Source of the DNA: Candidatus Acidiferrum sp.
GTDB taxonomy: Bacteria; Methylomirabilota; Methylomirabilia; Rokubacteriales; CSP1-6
DNA: 64,000 nucleotides
Assembly (NCBI GenBank): GCA_035317605.1
Contig: DATHGT010000197.1
Location: forward strand, 3,883-67,882
Direction of reading: 5' to 3'
In this document: in pieces, positions 32,236 to 42,299 of the stretch
Layout: the number at the start of each line of letters is the position of its first letter
Position numbering within the stretch: the first letter of the stretch is position 1
Notes under the pieces: model-generated
What the model was told of the DNA's origin: nothing
Databases searched by the model: none
Seen by the model: the letters and a program-made list of their open reading frames with translations, nothing else
Made by a program: the position numbers and the translations under genes

Positions 32236-33267
32236 TTACTGCGTGCCGAGAGCGGTCTTCGCGGCGTCGAGTCGCTTGAACGGCACGACCGCCGGAATCT
32301 CCCACGTGTTCCACATCTCGTCGACCTTGGCCTGGAAGTGTCCGAGGTCCTCCTCGGTGAAGTGCGCGAACCGTCCCTGCTTGAGCAGGTACTCGCGGAC
32401 CGGCTTGCGCGGACGACCCTCGACGAGGGCCTTGGTCTTGCCGTAGTACTTCACCACGCCGTCTTCGACCTCGTACAGCGGGAAGATGCCGGTCTCGATG
32501 GCGAGCTCGCCCAACTCGTGCGAGAGCATCGGGTCGTAGTCCCAGCCCTTGGGGCACGGATCGAGCGAGTGGATGAATGTCGGGCCGCCGATCGCGAGCG
32601 CCCGGCGGACCTTGTTCATCATCTCGACCGCGTACGACCCGCAGACGGTGGCCACGTACCGGCACTCCGGGTGCCCGGCCGCCATCATGCCCGCCATGTT
32701 CTTCTTCCAGCGCTTGTGCATGATGCGGTGGACGCTGCCGGGCGGGCTGAATGTCGTATTCGCGCCATACGGCGTCGATCCCGACAGCTGGATGTCGGTG
32801 TTGGCGTACGACTCGTTGTCGTACATCAGGATGAGGGAGTTGTACTCCTTGTGGGTCAGCGTCGCGGAAATCGCGCCGAGCCCCATGTCGGCCCCCCCGC
32901 CGTCTCCGCAGAACGCGATGACGTTGATCGGCTCCGCTTTCATCTTCCCTTTCGCCATCAACGCCTTGAGGCCGGCGGCGGTTCCCAGCGCGGCGGAACC
33001 CGACGAGCCGAGCTGGGTGTGCATCCACGGCACCACCCAGGGCGTGGTGTAGTACGTGGTGTTCGCCACGTACATGCAGCCGGTGGAGCCCAGCACGATC
33101 GTGCGGGGACCGGCCGCCTTTACCATCAGCTTCATGATGAGGGCCGACTCGCAGCCCTGGCACGTGCGGTGTCCGGACGTGAAGTACTCCTCGATGGTCA
33201 CCCGCTTGATCCCGCGGAAGGCCTCGAGGACCTGGGTCGCGTTGCTGAACGTCGTGGTCTCAGCCAT
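32236..33267 (-). CDS. 2-oxoacid:ferredoxin oxidoreductase beta (TPP-binding) subunit, oxalate oxidoreductase-like
   Basis: GHRTCQGC, TGCMYVANT, GDGG, YDNESYANT, TPYGANTTF, GHPE..YVAT, PCPKGW. Confidence 0.88.
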   Translation of the reverse strand: MAETTTFSNATQVLEAFRGIKRVTIEEYFTSGHRTCQGCESALIMKLMVKAAGPRTIVLGSTGCMYVANTTYYTTPWVVPWMHTQLGSSGSAALGTAAGLKALMAKGKMKAEPINVIAFCGDGGGADMGLGAISATLTHKEYNSLILMYDNESYANTDIQLSGSTPYGANTTFSPPGSVHRIMHKRWKKNMAGMMAAGHPECRYVATVCGSYAVEMMNKVRRALAIGGPTFIHSLDPCPKGWDYDPMLSHELGELAIETGIFPLYEVEDGVVKYYGKTKALVEGRPRKPVREYLLKQGRFAHFTEEDLGHFQAKVDEMWNTWEIPAVVPFKRLDAAKTALGTQ

Positions 33268-33288
33268 GAGCGTATCTCCTATTGATCC

Positions 33289-34518
33289 TTATTCACGAAC
33301 GCCCAGCCAGTGGGTCTTTGCGTCGGACTTGCCGGCTTTGGCGGCATTGTAGCAGAGGTCCGTCGCGTGATAGACGTCTTCCAGCGTCACCTCACGGCCG
33401 CCCAGGCCGCAGATGAAGCTGAGCAGCGGGGGCCGCTTGTCCGCGTTGTACATGGCCGCGCGGATCTCGGTGGCCACCACGCCGGAGTTGAAGGGCGAGC
33501 CGAACGAGTAGTCGCGGTCGATGACCCCGATGGCCTGGGCCTTCGAGAGCACGTCGACGATCTTTTCGGTGGCGAAGGGCCGGAACCAGCGCAGCCGCAG
33601 GAGGCCGACCTTCTTGCCCTGGGCCCGCATGTTGCGGATGCCGACCTTGATGGGCAGCGAGATCGTCCCCATGCCGACCAGGATGATCTCGGCGTCCTCG
33701 GTCATGTACTCCTCGAACCACGGGTTCTCGGGGCCACGGCCGAACACCTTGCGGAAGTCCGCGTAGGCCTCCTCGATGACGGTCGTGGCCCGCTTCATGG
33801 CCTCGTCGTTCTGGCGCCGGATCTCGATGACCCAGTCCTCGTTGGCCTGGGGCGCGACCGTGATCGGGTTGTCGGGATGAAGCAGCAGGTCGCCGCGATC
33901 GTACCGGGGCAGGAACTTGTCCACCTTCGACTTGGGCGGCACCATGGTCAGCGCCTGGGAATGGGTCAGGAAGGCGCCGTCGGCCGAGATGGCCAGGGGC
34001 AGCAGCACCCGCCGGTCCTCGGCCACTCGATAGGCGATCAGCGTGGTGTCGATCGCCTCCTGCGAGGTGTCGATCCAGCAGAGCATCCAGCCGAGGTCAC
34101 GGACGAAGAGCGCGTCGTTGTGCTCGACCCCGAACGCGCCGGGATCGTCGAGGGCCCGGTTCCCGACCAGGCACACCATCGGCACCCGCAGCGGCGGGGT
34201 CACGACCAGGCACTCCATCGCGTACGCCCAGCCCACCCCCGACGAGCCGCAGAAGACCCGCGCGCCCACCGTGGAGGCGTGCTTGACGATCTCGAACTGG
34301 CTGTGCTCGCCCTCGGCCACGATGTACTCGGCCACCAGCTGGCCGTTGGCGATCTTCTTGGCGATGGCCTGGATGACCGTGTCGTAGGGACGGATCGGAT
34401 ACCCGGTGACCACGTCGATGTCGGCGAGGGTCAGGCCCTCGGCGACCGCTTCGCTGCCCGAGATCAGAAGCTCTTTGTCTTCGGTCTGTGCCGCTGCCGT
34501 CTGCGTCGCGACTGCCAT
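33289..34518 (-). CDS. OFOR alpha subunit, oxalate oxidoreductase-like
   Basis: SD AAGGAG; GYPIRPY (Arg instead of the PFOR YPITP Thr), EGEHSQ, GSSGVG, NRALDDPGAFGVEH, GLGG. Confidence 0.88.
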   Translation of the reverse strand: MAVATQTAAAQTEDKELLISGSEAVAEGLTLADIDVVTGYPIRPYDTVIQAIAKKIANGQLVAEYIVAEGEHSQFEIVKHASTVGARVFCGSSGVGWAYAMECLVVTPPLRVPMVCLVGNRALDDPGAFGVEHNDALFVRDLGWMLCWIDTSQEAIDTTLIAYRVAEDRRVLLPLAISADGAFLTHSQALTMVPPKSKVDKFLPRYDRGDLLLHPDNPITVAPQANEDWVIEIRRQNDEAMKRATTVIEEAYADFRKVFGRGPENPWFEEYMTEDAEIILVGMGTISLPIKVGIRNMRAQGKKVGLLRLRWFRPFATEKIVDVLSKAQAIGVIDRDYSFGSPFNSGVVATEIRAAMYNADKRPPLLSFICGLGGREVTLEDVYHATDLCYNAAKAGKSDAKTHWLGVRE

Positions 34519-34540
34519 CGTCGTCTCCTTGGATATGTTC

Positions 34541-34590
34541 GCCTCGCACGGCGGGGCCCCAGCCCCGCGACGTGCTGCGGCTCGCCCTGC
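34541..34590. repeat. Degenerate REP-like element (unit C-related)
   Basis: Contains ctcgcac and ggctcgcc words shared with 21069-21102; internal gcgggg/ccccgc pairing. Confidence 0.4.
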
Positions 34591-35798
34591 TAGACCGTCT
34601 TGTGCGCGGCGTTCTCGCCGGGGATGCCCGCGGTGATCTCCACGCCGCCGAGGTCGAGGTCCTGCTTCAGCTCCTCGTCGTACTGGCCGCGGAAGCGGAA
34701 GCCGTGGGAGCGGACCGTCGCCTTCTTGTCGCCGATCTTGCCCAGCATCCACGTCTTGTACGCGGGCTTGTCCGTGCGCCACATCTCCCACTGGCTCGCG
34801 TTGTCGTCGAACTGCGACTCGTTGACCATCGTGATGCAGTTCTCGACGGGGCAGACCGCCTCGCACACCCCGCAGCCGCAGCACGACTCCATGTTGGCGT
34901 CGAAGGTGGCGTCGGGCATGACGTCGAAGCAGGAATCGGGGCACGAGATCCAGCAGAGGTTGCACTTCACGCAGGTGTCGAAGTCGATGACCGGGCGCAT
35001 GGTGCGGGTCGTGTACTTCTTGAAGTACGGGTTGCGCTCGGGCACGTACCCCTTGCCCTCTTCCTTGGGCTTGCCCACGGGGATGGCCGGGATGGTGACG
35101 CCTTCCCGCATTTCCCACCACTTGGGCTTCTCGAACGAGTACGGGACCTCGGTGTTGCCCTCGGTCATCTTGATGGCGCGGCTCTCCAGACGGTCGTACG
35201 CCTTGCGGGCGGAGGCGACCTTGAGCTCGGAGCCCCACTCCATCTCGCCGATGGCCTCGCACACGGCGTCCAGGCTCAGGAACGACGGGGCGATCTTGGC
35301 CAGCGCGCCGAGGATGCGCGCTTCGGTGTGGTCTTCCTTGTAGACCCAGAGGCCGGAGAAGGACGCTTTGGCCCGGATGAGGGCCAGCGTGTAGGGCGCC
35401 TCCTTCTTGTGGATGTCGCGCAGCAGCTCGTCGAACGACCGGATCGACGTCATCAGCAGGGTGCCGTTGGGTTGGGTGACCCGGTTGATGGGCTGCAGAC
35501 CGTACCAGGCCCATGACTCCACGCCTTTGGAGAGCGTGTCGTCGACGCAGATCGTGACGTCGACCGACTTCGGCTCGTAGCGGGCCATGTTCTGCTCGAG
35601 CTCTTCCTTCGTGTCGGCGACGATCGCGAAGTCCTTGGCGGGGATGCCGTTTCGCTGCGGGCTGTCGCCGTAGCGTCCGAACGCGATGCCCCATCGCCCG
35701 GCCTTCCGTGACGACAGCACGATGCCGCGGACGATACGCGCCGCGAGGTTCTTCTGGAAAATGCCCCGGTAGACGATTTCTGCGGTCAACGCTGCCAT
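34590..35798 (-). CDS. OFOR gamma-delta fusion subunit with two 4Fe-4S clusters (OOR delta-like)
   Basis: N-terminal gamma-like domain (YGDSPQRNGIP); C-terminal CVKCNLCWISCP and CCGCGVCEAVCP. Confidence 0.85.
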   Translation of the reverse strand: MAALTAEIVYRGIFQKNLAARIVRGIVLSSRKAGRWGIAFGRYGDSPQRNGIPAKDFAIVADTKEELEQNMARYEPKSVDVTICVDDTLSKGVESWAWYGLQPINRVTQPNGTLLMTSIRSFDELLRDIHKKEAPYTLALIRAKASFSGLWVYKEDHTEARILGALAKIAPSFLSLDAVCEAIGEMEWGSELKVASARKAYDRLESRAIKMTEGNTEVPYSFEKPKWWEMREGVTIPAIPVGKPKEEGKGYVPERNPYFKKYTTRTMRPVIDFDTCVKCNLCWISCPDSCFDVMPDATFDANMESCCGCGVCEAVCPVENCITMVNESQFDDNASQWEMWRTDKPAYKTWMLGKIGDKKATVRSHGFRFRGQYDEELKQDLDLGGVEITAGIPGENAAHKTV

Positions 35799-35836
35799 GC
35801 GCTCCTCCTGAGCCTGCTGGTCCTGAGCTGGTCCGG

Positions 35837-35879
35837 TGGTCCGACCAGAAGAATGCCCTTACACCGTCAGGGCTGTCAA
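35837..35879 (-). promoter_or_regulatory. Promoter of the OOR-like operon with a FadR-type operator TGGTCGGACCA at the predicted start site
   Basis: Minus strand TTGACA-N18-CATTCT-tc-TGGTCGGACCA-ccGGACCA; perfect TGGT-N3-ACCA palindrome at 35837-35847. Confidence 0.65.
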
Positions 35880-36664
35880 GCCCTTGCCAGAAACCCGGTC
35901 AGAGCGCCCGTGAACGCCTCGGGCTGCTCGAGGTTCGACAAGTGGGCGGCCGACGGGAGAATCACCAGCTCGCTCCCCTTGATGCGCTCGTTCATCACTT
36001 TCGACGCGGCCACCGGCGTGCCCTGATCCTCCTCGCCGACGATGATGAAGGTCGGGATCGAGATCGCCGCGATCCGGTCCGTCAGATCGAGCGCCGAGAT
36101 CGCGTGACAGCACCCCGCGTAACCGCGCGGCGGCGTCGAACGAATCATGGTCGCGACCTTGTCGACCACGTCCTTGCGCCGCTCGCGGAACGGCGCGGTG
36201 AGCCAGCGCGCCAGCGTCGGCTCGACCAGCGGGTCCATGCCTTGGGTCTCGGCGGTCTTGATGCGATCGGCCCAGAGCGGCCTGGCCTCGGCGGGAATGC
36301 GGCTCGACGTGTCGCACAGCGAGAGGCTCGCGAACAGCTCCGGGTGCTTCAGCGCGAGGGTCTGGCCGATCATGCCGCCCATCGACAGGCCGACCCAGTG
36401 CGTCCGGGAAATGCCGAGCGCCTGGAGCAGCTGCCGCGCGTCCTCTGCAAGCTGATCAAGGGTGTAAGCCCCGCCCGGCGCCTCGGTGGCGCCATGACCG
36501 CGCGTCTCGTAGTTGAGTACACGGTAGCGGGCCCGGAGCGCGGCCACCTGCGGGTCCCACATCGACAGATCGGTCGCCAGCGAGTGGCTCAGCGTCACGA
36601 CCGGCGCATTCGCCGGACCTTCCAGCGTGTAGTTCATCTCGATCCCGTTCGCCTTCACCTTCAT
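35876..36664 (-). CDS. 3-oxoadipate enol-lactonase (PcaD)-like alpha/beta hydrolase
   Basis: PVVTLSHSLATDLSMWDPQ, GLSMGGMIG, GEEDQGTP, AAHLSNLEQP. Confidence 0.85.
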   Translation of the reverse strand: MKVKANGIEMNYTLEGPANAPVVTLSHSLATDLSMWDPQVAALRARYRVLNYETRGHGATEAPGGAYTLDQLAEDARQLLQALGISRTHWVGLSMGGMIGQTLALKHPELFASLSLCDTSSRIPAEARPLWADRIKTAETQGMDPLVEPTLARWLTAPFRERRKDVVDKVATMIRSTPPRGYAGCCHAISALDLTDRIAAISIPTFIIVGEEDQGTPVAASKVMNERIKGSELVILPSAAHLSNLEQPEAFTGALTGFLARA

Positions 36665-37302
36665 CTGTTCGTCTCCCTTCTCCGTCTGACCATCTCGCAA
36701 AAATACCGGTGGACGGCCTGCTCGCCGGTCACCTCGGGGTGGAACGTGGCCACGAGCACCGTCCCTTGCCGGGCCATGACGGGATCGTCGCCCTGACGCG
36801 CGAGCACCTCGACACCCTCGCCGACCCGCCGGATGCGCGGGGCGCGGATGAACATCATCTCGATCGACGCCGGGGCGCCGTCGAGCACGGCGGTGCCGCT
36901 GACCTGGAACGACTCGCGCTGGCGGCCGTACGAATTTCGCTCCACGTCCACGTCGATGAACCCGAGCGAGAACTGGCGGGGGTTCTCGACCTCCCGCGCG
37001 AGCAGGATGAGCCCGGCGCAGGTCCCGAACATGGGTTTGCCCGCGGCGTGGAACTTTTCCAGCGCGGGCACGAAGTGCCACTCGTCGATCAGCTTGAGCA
37101 GGGTCGTGCTCTCCCCGCCGGGCATGACGAGCCCGTCGAGGTCCGCGAGCTGCTCGGGCTTGCGGACCTCGACGGGGTCCACGATCATTGCACCGCTCGC
37201 CTCACCGCCCGACGCGGTTCGGCTCGCACTGCGCCCGCACGCCTTCAGCGTCTTCACGTGGAGCGCGAAGTCACCCTGAAGGGCGAGCACGCCAATTTTC
37301 AC
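36661..37302 (-). CDS. pdxT: Pyridoxal 5'-phosphate synthase glutaminase subunit, with about 14-aa N-terminal insertion
   Basis: IGVLALQGDF, MPGGESTT, GTCAGLILLA, RNSYGRQRESF, FIRAP, TFHPE. Confidence 0.95.
   Translation of the reverse strand: MKIGVLALQGDFALHVKTLKACGRSASRTASGGEASGAMIVDPVEVRKPEQLADLDGLVMPGGESTTLLKLIDEWHFVPALEKFHAAGKPMFGTCAGLILLAREVENPRQFSLGFIDVDVERNSYGRQRESFQVSGTAVLDGAPASIEMMFIRAPRIRRVGEGVEVLARQGDDPVMARQGTVLVATFHPEVTGEQAVHRYFCEMVRRRRETNR
37195..37232. repeat. REP-like unit C inserted in frame within pdxT
   Basis: gctcgcctc...ctcgcactgc matches intergenic 21069-21102; encodes RSASRTASGGEAS. Confidence 0.65.
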
Positions 37303-37304
37303 TC

Positions 37305-38201
37305 CTACCAGCCTCTGGTTTGCAGCAGCTCGCTTTCCGGGAGCTTGGAGGTCTCGATGCCGGGCATGGCCTCGCCGAGATCCTCGCTGACCTTCACCAG
37401 CACGTCGGGGTCCTTGTAGTGCGTGGTGGCCTGGACGATGGCCTTCGCGCGCTTGGCCGGATCCTCCGACTTGAAGATGCCCGAGCCCACGAAGACCGCC
37501 TCGGCGCCGAGCTGCATCATGAGCGCGGCGTCAGCCGGGGTCGCGATGCCTCCCGCGGAGAAGTTGGGCACGGGCAGGCGGCCCGCCTTCGACACCCAGC
37601 GGATCAGGTCGTAGGGCGCGCCGAGGTTCTTGGCCTCGGTCATCAGCTCCTCGGGGCCGAGCGTGGTCAGCCGGCGGATCCCCGAGATCACCGCGCGCAT
37701 GTGCCGGACGGCCTCCACGATGTTGCCGGAGCCCGCCTCGCCCTTGGTGCGGATCATCGCGGCGCCCTCGCCGATGCGCCGGAGCGCCTCGCCGAGATCG
37801 CGGCAGCCGCACACGAACGGGATGCGGAACGCGAACTTGTCGATGTGATAGTGCTCGTCGGCCGGGGTGAGCACCTCGGACTCGTCGATGTAGTCCACGC
37901 CCAGGGCCTCGAGGATCTGCGCCTCGACGAAGTGGCCGATGCGGGCCTTCGCCATCACCGGGATGGTGACGGCCTTCTGGATCTCCTGGATCTTCCGCAC
38001 CGGCGACATCCGCGCGACGCCACCCTGCTTGCGGATGTCCGAGGGCACGCGCTCGAGGGCCATCACCGACGCGGCGCCCGCGTCTTGCGCGATCTTGGCC
38101 TGCTCGGCGTTGGTGACGTCCATGATCACGCCGCCCTTGAGCATCTCGGCCAGACCGATGTGCTTGCGTTCCGCGATCCGCAGCTCGTTCAGCTCAGTCA
38201 T
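37305..38201 (-). CDS. pdxS: Pyridoxal 5'-phosphate synthase lyase subunit
   Basis: [59 protein letters not shown]. Confidence 0.97.
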   Translation of the reverse strand: MTELNELRIAERKHIGLAEMLKGGVIMDVTNAEQAKIAQDAGAASVMALERVPSDIRKQGGVARMSPVRKIQEIQKAVTIPVMAKARIGHFVEAQILEALGVDYIDESEVLTPADEHYHIDKFAFRIPFVCGCRDLGEALRRIGEGAAMIRTKGEAGSGNIVEAVRHMRAVISGIRRLTTLGPEELMTEAKNLGAPYDLIRWVSKAGRLPVPNFSAGGIATPADAALMMQLGAEAVFVGSGIFKSEDPAKRAKAIVQATTHYKDPDVLVKVSEDLGEAMPGIETSKLPESELLQTRGW

Positions 38202-38238
38202 TGCGTTCTCCTTGTTTGGATTTCGTGCTTCGTCCGCA

Positions 38239-39771
38239 TCACACGACCGGGACGGTGGCGCGCTCGGGCAGCGGGCTCCGTGGCCGGCGACGCTGCGCCT
38301 CGCGCACGGCCTCGCCGAGCCGCTGGACGCCGCGCTCGATGTCGCCCGTCGGCAGCGACGAGAACGACAGGCGGAGGGCCCGCGAGCCGCTGCCGTTGAG
38401 GAAGAACACGTCGCCCGGCGTGAAGGCGACGCCTCGCTCCAGCGCGAGCGGGAGCAATCTCGCCGCGGTCACCCCCTCCGGCAACGTCAGGAACAGCGAG
38501 AACCCGCCGGTCGGCTCCGTCCACGTCGTGGACGTGGGCATGCGCTGCTTGAGCGCGCCCAGCAGCACCTCGCGGCGCCGGCGATACTCGCGGGCGACCC
38601 GCGCGGCGTGCCGGTCGAGCAGTCGCCGCTCGCAGAAGCAATGGACGGCGGCCTGGATCAAGGCGCTGGTGTGCAGGTCGGCCAGCTGCTTGGCCGCCTG
38701 CAACCGCTCGATCACCGGCGGCGGCGCCACGAGCCAGCCCAATCGCAGCCCGGGAAAGAGGATCTTCGAGAACGTGCCGATGTAGATGACCACGCCGTCG
38801 GTGTCGTGTGACTTCAACGGTCCGAGGGGACGCAGCCCGTAATAGAGGCTGCCGTCGAACCCGTCCTCCACGATCGGCACCTGGTGGCGGGCGGCCGCGG
38901 CGAGCAGGCGCCGGCCCGTCTCCACGGTCATCCCGAGCCCGGTCGGGTTGTGACAGGTCGGCTGGCAGTAGAAGAGCTTCGGGCCGTGCCGCTCGAGCAC
39001 GCGCTCGAAGACCTCCGGGCGAGGCCCGCTCTCGTCCCACGGCACCGCCGCGAGCTGAGCGCCGAAGGACCGAAAGACCTGCATCGCGCGCGGGTAGGTC
39101 GGCTGCTCGATGGCCACCACGTCGCCGGGATCGACGAGGGTGCGGGCGATGAGATCGAACCCCTGCTGCGAGCCGTTGACGATCATGATCTCGTCGGGCG
39201 AGGCTTCGAGGCCGAAGCGCAGCAGGTACGTGGAGAGATAGCGGCGCAGCGGCGGATAGCCGGCCACGGGATAGTACTGGAGCAGCGCCTCGCCCTCCCG
39301 CCGGATCACCTCGTTGAGCGCGCGTCGAAAGGCGTCGGTGGGAAACAGCGCGCTGTCCGGCATGCCCCCGGCGAAGGAGATCACGCCGTTGCCGGCGGGA
39401 GTCGGGCCCGCGGAGGCGCGCCGGCGCTCGTCTTCGGCGCCGATGATCTGCGCCGTCCGGGAGAAGATCTCGGACCACTCGATGGTGGCCGCGCGGCGGG
39501 CCACGGCCGGCTCGGCGGCGACGCGCTCGGCCGGACGCTCGGCCACGAACGTCCCCTGCCCCACCCGCGCGCGGGCCAGGCCGGCGGCGACCAGCTCTTC
39601 GTACGCCAGCACCACGGTGGCGCGGTTGACCCCGAGCTCGTCGGCCAGCTCGCGCGTGGCGGGCAGCTTGGCGCCCGAGGGCAGGAGCCCCTCGCGCATC
39701 AGCCGCTCCAGGTGCGCCTGGATCTGGCGGGCCAGCGGCACCGGCTTGTTCCGATCGAGCAGGATCTGCAT
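38239..39771 (-). CDS. MocR/PdxR-family PLP-dependent regulator (GntR wHTH + aminotransferase)
   Basis: [42 protein letters not shown]; directly upstream of pdxS. Confidence 0.93.
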   Translation of the reverse strand: MQILLDRNKPVPLARQIQAHLERLMREGLLPSGAKLPATRELADELGVNRATVVLAYEELVAAGLARARVGQGTFVAERPAERVAAEPAVARRAATIEWSEIFSRTAQIIGAEDERRRASAGPTPAGNGVISFAGGMPDSALFPTDAFRRALNEVIRREGEALLQYYPVAGYPPLRRYLSTYLLRFGLEASPDEIMIVNGSQQGFDLIARTLVDPGDVVAIEQPTYPRAMQVFRSFGAQLAAVPWDESGPRPEVFERVLERHGPKLFYCQPTCHNPTGLGMTVETGRRLLAAAARHQVPIVEDGFDGSLYYGLRPLGPLKSHDTDGVVIYIGTFSKILFPGLRLGWLVAPPPVIERLQAAKQLADLHTSALIQAAVHCFCERRLLDRHAARVAREYRRRREVLLGALKQRMPTSTTWTEPTGGFSLFLTLPEGVTAARLLPLALERGVAFTPGDVFFLNGSGSRALRLSFSSLPTGDIERGVQRLGEAVREAQRRRPRSPLPERATVPVV

Positions 39772-39906
39772 AGGTTCGCTCGCCCAGCCATTCTTGCTCG
39801 AAAATATGGGGCGTCAAGGACCAATTGGAGGGGTGCGCGGCCGACCATTCCGGCGCCCCGGTATAATGGCCGCGCAGCGCATTCAGCGGGCCAGGAGGAC
39901 CAATCA

Positions 39907-40086
39907 ATGGCGGGTGAGGCACCGATCACGCAGGCGGTGAAGTGGATCGACGATCAGCTCCTGGACCGCCCTCAGGCCGACCGCCTCAAGCTCGTGGACG
40001 AGGCGGCCCAGCGCTTCGATCTCACCCCGCTCGACGCCGAGTTCCTCTACCGCCACCTCGCGGAGCGCGCCAAGCCCAAAGCCTGA
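39907..40086 (+). CDS. Small helical hypothetical protein (59 aa)
   Basis: SD GGAGG and TATAAT at 39862-39867; MAGEAPITQAVKWID...DEAAQRFDLTPLDAEFL. Confidence 0.75.
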   Translation: MAGEAPITQAVKWIDDQLLDRPQADRLKLVDEAAQRFDLTPLDAEFLYRHLAERAKPKA

Positions 40087-40098
40087 CCGTCGCCGTCC

Positions 40099-40374
40099 TC
40101 AGGCGTCCCGCAGTCGGACGATGGTGGCGCCCCAGCCGCCGCGCGCGGGCGGAGCGTCGGCGAGCGAGACGACCAGCTGGTGGCGTGAGAGCACGGCGCG
40201 AACGATCGACCGCTGCACCCCGATCCCCCGCCCGTGGACGATTCGGACTTCCCGGAATCCCCGCTCGTGCGCGGCCTTCAGGTACTCCTCGACCACGGAC
40301 GCCACGTCGCGCGGCCCGAACGAATGCAGATCTAAGACGTCTTCGATCGGAATCTGAATCGGTTCATCGTCCAC
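40099..40374 (-). CDS. Stand-alone Smr/MutS2 domain protein
   Basis: IEDVLDLHSF, VRIVHGRGIGVQR, GGWGATIV. Confidence 0.92.
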   Translation of the reverse strand: MDDEPIQIPIEDVLDLHSFGPRDVASVVEEYLKAAHERGFREVRIVHGRGIGVQRSIVRAVLSRHQLVVSLADAPPARGGWGATIVRLRDA

Positions 40375-40456
40375 CGACTCAGATCTTTGGTCCGGCCATG
40401 ACGTGCCGCTGCCAGTGGTCGTAGCTCAGGAGATCCTCCCCCGAGAGCTTGCACTG

Positions 40457-40858
40457 TCAGAACGTGGCGGCCCGCTCGAAGAACGGGACGTCGACGACGA
40501 GGACGTTCTCGGCCCGCGCGGTCTCCGCAACTTTCTGGGTCACCATCTGGCGCACGAACGGAATGGGGATGCGTCCCAGACGATGCAGCACGTCGTCGGT
40601 GCAGCGCACGCGCGTGCCCGGAAGCACGGGCCCTTCGGTCGCCGCCATCTCGTCCGGCGCGTGCTCGCAGGTCTCGGGAACGAGCTGCTGCAGGCGCAGC
40701 GACACGTACTCGGTGACCCAGGCCTGGATTCCCGCCTTCGCGGCGTCCAGGCCCGCGCCCGAGGCCAGGCGCTCGTTCAGCGCGCCGAGCAGCGCTTCCA
40801 GCCGGCCGAGCCGCGCTTCGAGCGCGTCCAGCCGTCGATCGAGATTCGAATCACTCAT
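40457..40858 (-). CDS. Coiled-coil protein with C-terminal PCP_red-like helical domain
   Basis: N-terminal heptads RRLDALEARLGRLEALL; C-terminal LHRLGRIPIPFVRQMVTQKVAETAR resembles the PCP_red RIPxFVR motif. Confidence 0.6.
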   Translation of the reverse strand: MSDSNLDRRLDALEARLGRLEALLGALNERLASGAGLDAAKAGIQAWVTEYVSLRLQQLVPETCEHAPDEMAATEGPVLPGTRVRCTDDVLHRLGRIPIPFVRQMVTQKVAETARAENVLVVDVPFFERAATF

Positions 40859-40877
40859 CGATTCCCCCAACGATTGG

Positions 40878-42299
40878 TCATGGTGCGAGCGGAGGCCGGC
40901 GGGTATGCCAGTCGGTGGCGCGCTGGTACGTATCCGCGGCGCGCAGCACCGTGGCTTCGTCGAATGGACGGCCGACGATCTGAAGGCCGATGGGCAGACC
41001 GTCTGAGGTGAAGCCGCACGGCAGCGCGCAGGCCGGGTGGCCGGTGAAATTGAACGGACGCGTGAAGCGCAGCAGCGACGACCGCACGTCGATCGTGCCT
41101 TCGCCGGCGTCGACCTCCGTCTCGCCGATCCGCGTGGCCGGGATGGGCGTGGCCGGCGAGAGCAGCACGTCGCGCCGGGCCAGCGCCGCGTCCACCGCGG
41201 CCCGCACGAGCGCGCGCGCTTGCTGGGAGCGGACGTAGTGCACGCCGCTCACGAACGCGCCCGCGCGCAGCCGCTCGATGACGTCGGGCTGGTAATCGCC
41301 GGGCCGCCCGCGCACCCACTCCGCGTGATACGCGAGCGCCTCCGACGCGACGATGGCCATCGAGCCCGCGGCGACGCTGCCGACGTGCTCGAGCGTCACC
41401 TCGTCCACGTGGGCGCCCAGGCCTTCGAGCGTCTTCACCGCGCGGTCGACCGCGTCACGAACTTCCGGGACCGCCGCGTCGACAAAGCCTGAGCGCAGCA
41501 CGCCCACGCGCAGTCCCTTGACGTCGCCCGTCAGCGCCGCCGAGTACTCGGGCACGGGCAGCACGCTGGTCGTGGGATCCGCCGGGTCATACCCCGCGAG
41601 TGCCTTCAGCACGAGCGCGGCATCCGTCGCCGAGCGCGTCATCGGACCGGCGTGGTCCATCGACCACGACAGCGGCAACACGCCCGCGCGGCTCACGCGG
41701 CCATACGTCGGCTTCAGCCCGGTGATCCCGCACAGCGACGCGGGAATGCGGATCGATCCGCCGGTGTCGGAACCGAGCGCGAACGGGACCAGGCCGGCCG
41801 CCACCGCCACGCCCGAGCCCGAGGACGATCCGCCGGCGATCCGCTCTTCACTCGCGTCCCACGGGTTGAGCGAGGTGCCGTAGTGCACGTTCAGACCTTC
41901 CGGACCGTACGCGAACTCGTGCATGGTGAGCTTGCCGAGCGAGATCGCCCCGGCGGCGGCCAATCGACGGACGACGGTCGCGTCCTCCGCCGGCACCCGG
42001 TCGGCGAGAATCTTCGACCCGCCCGTCGTGCGGACTCCCGCGGTGTCGAAGAGATCCTTCAGCGCGAACGGCACGCCGTGCAGCGGCCCCCGCGAGCGCC
42101 CGGCGGCCAGCTCAGCCTCGGCGGCGCGCGCGGCCTCGAGGGCGGCGTCCGCGGTGAGCGTGATGAAGCAGCGCAGACGCGCATCGAGCGCCGCGATGCG
42201 ATCGAGATGCGCGCGGACGACCTCGACCGGCGAGACGTCCTTGGTCGCGATCGAGCGCGCGAGGTCGGCGACGGACGTCCAGTGCAGATCGGCCATCAC
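40878..42299 (-). CDS. Amidase-signature family amidohydrolase (GatA/AtzE-like)
   Basis: GPLHGVPFALKDL, GGSSSGS, LGSDTGGSIRIPA, GLKPTYGRVS. Confidence 0.93.
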   Translation of the reverse strand: MMADLHWTSVADLARSIATKDVSPVEVVRAHLDRIAALDARLRCFITLTADAALEAARAAEAELAAGRSRGPLHGVPFALKDLFDTAGVRTTGGSKILADRVPAEDATVVRRLAAAGAISLGKLTMHEFAYGPEGLNVHYGTSLNPWDASEERIAGGSSSGSGVAVAAGLVPFALGSDTGGSIRIPASLCGITGLKPTYGRVSRAGVLPLSWSMDHAGPMTRSATDAALVLKALAGYDPADPTTSVLPVPEYSAALTGDVKGLRVGVLRSGFVDAAVPEVRDAVDRAVKTLEGLGAHVDEVTLEHVGSVAAGSMAIVASEALAYHAEWVRGRPGDYQPDVIERLRAGAFVSGVHYVRSQQARALVRAAVDAALARRDVLLSPATPIPATRIGETEVDAGEGTIDVRSSLLRFTRPFNFTGHPACALPCGFTSDGLPIGLQIVGRPFDEATVLRAADTYQRATDWHTRRPPLAP

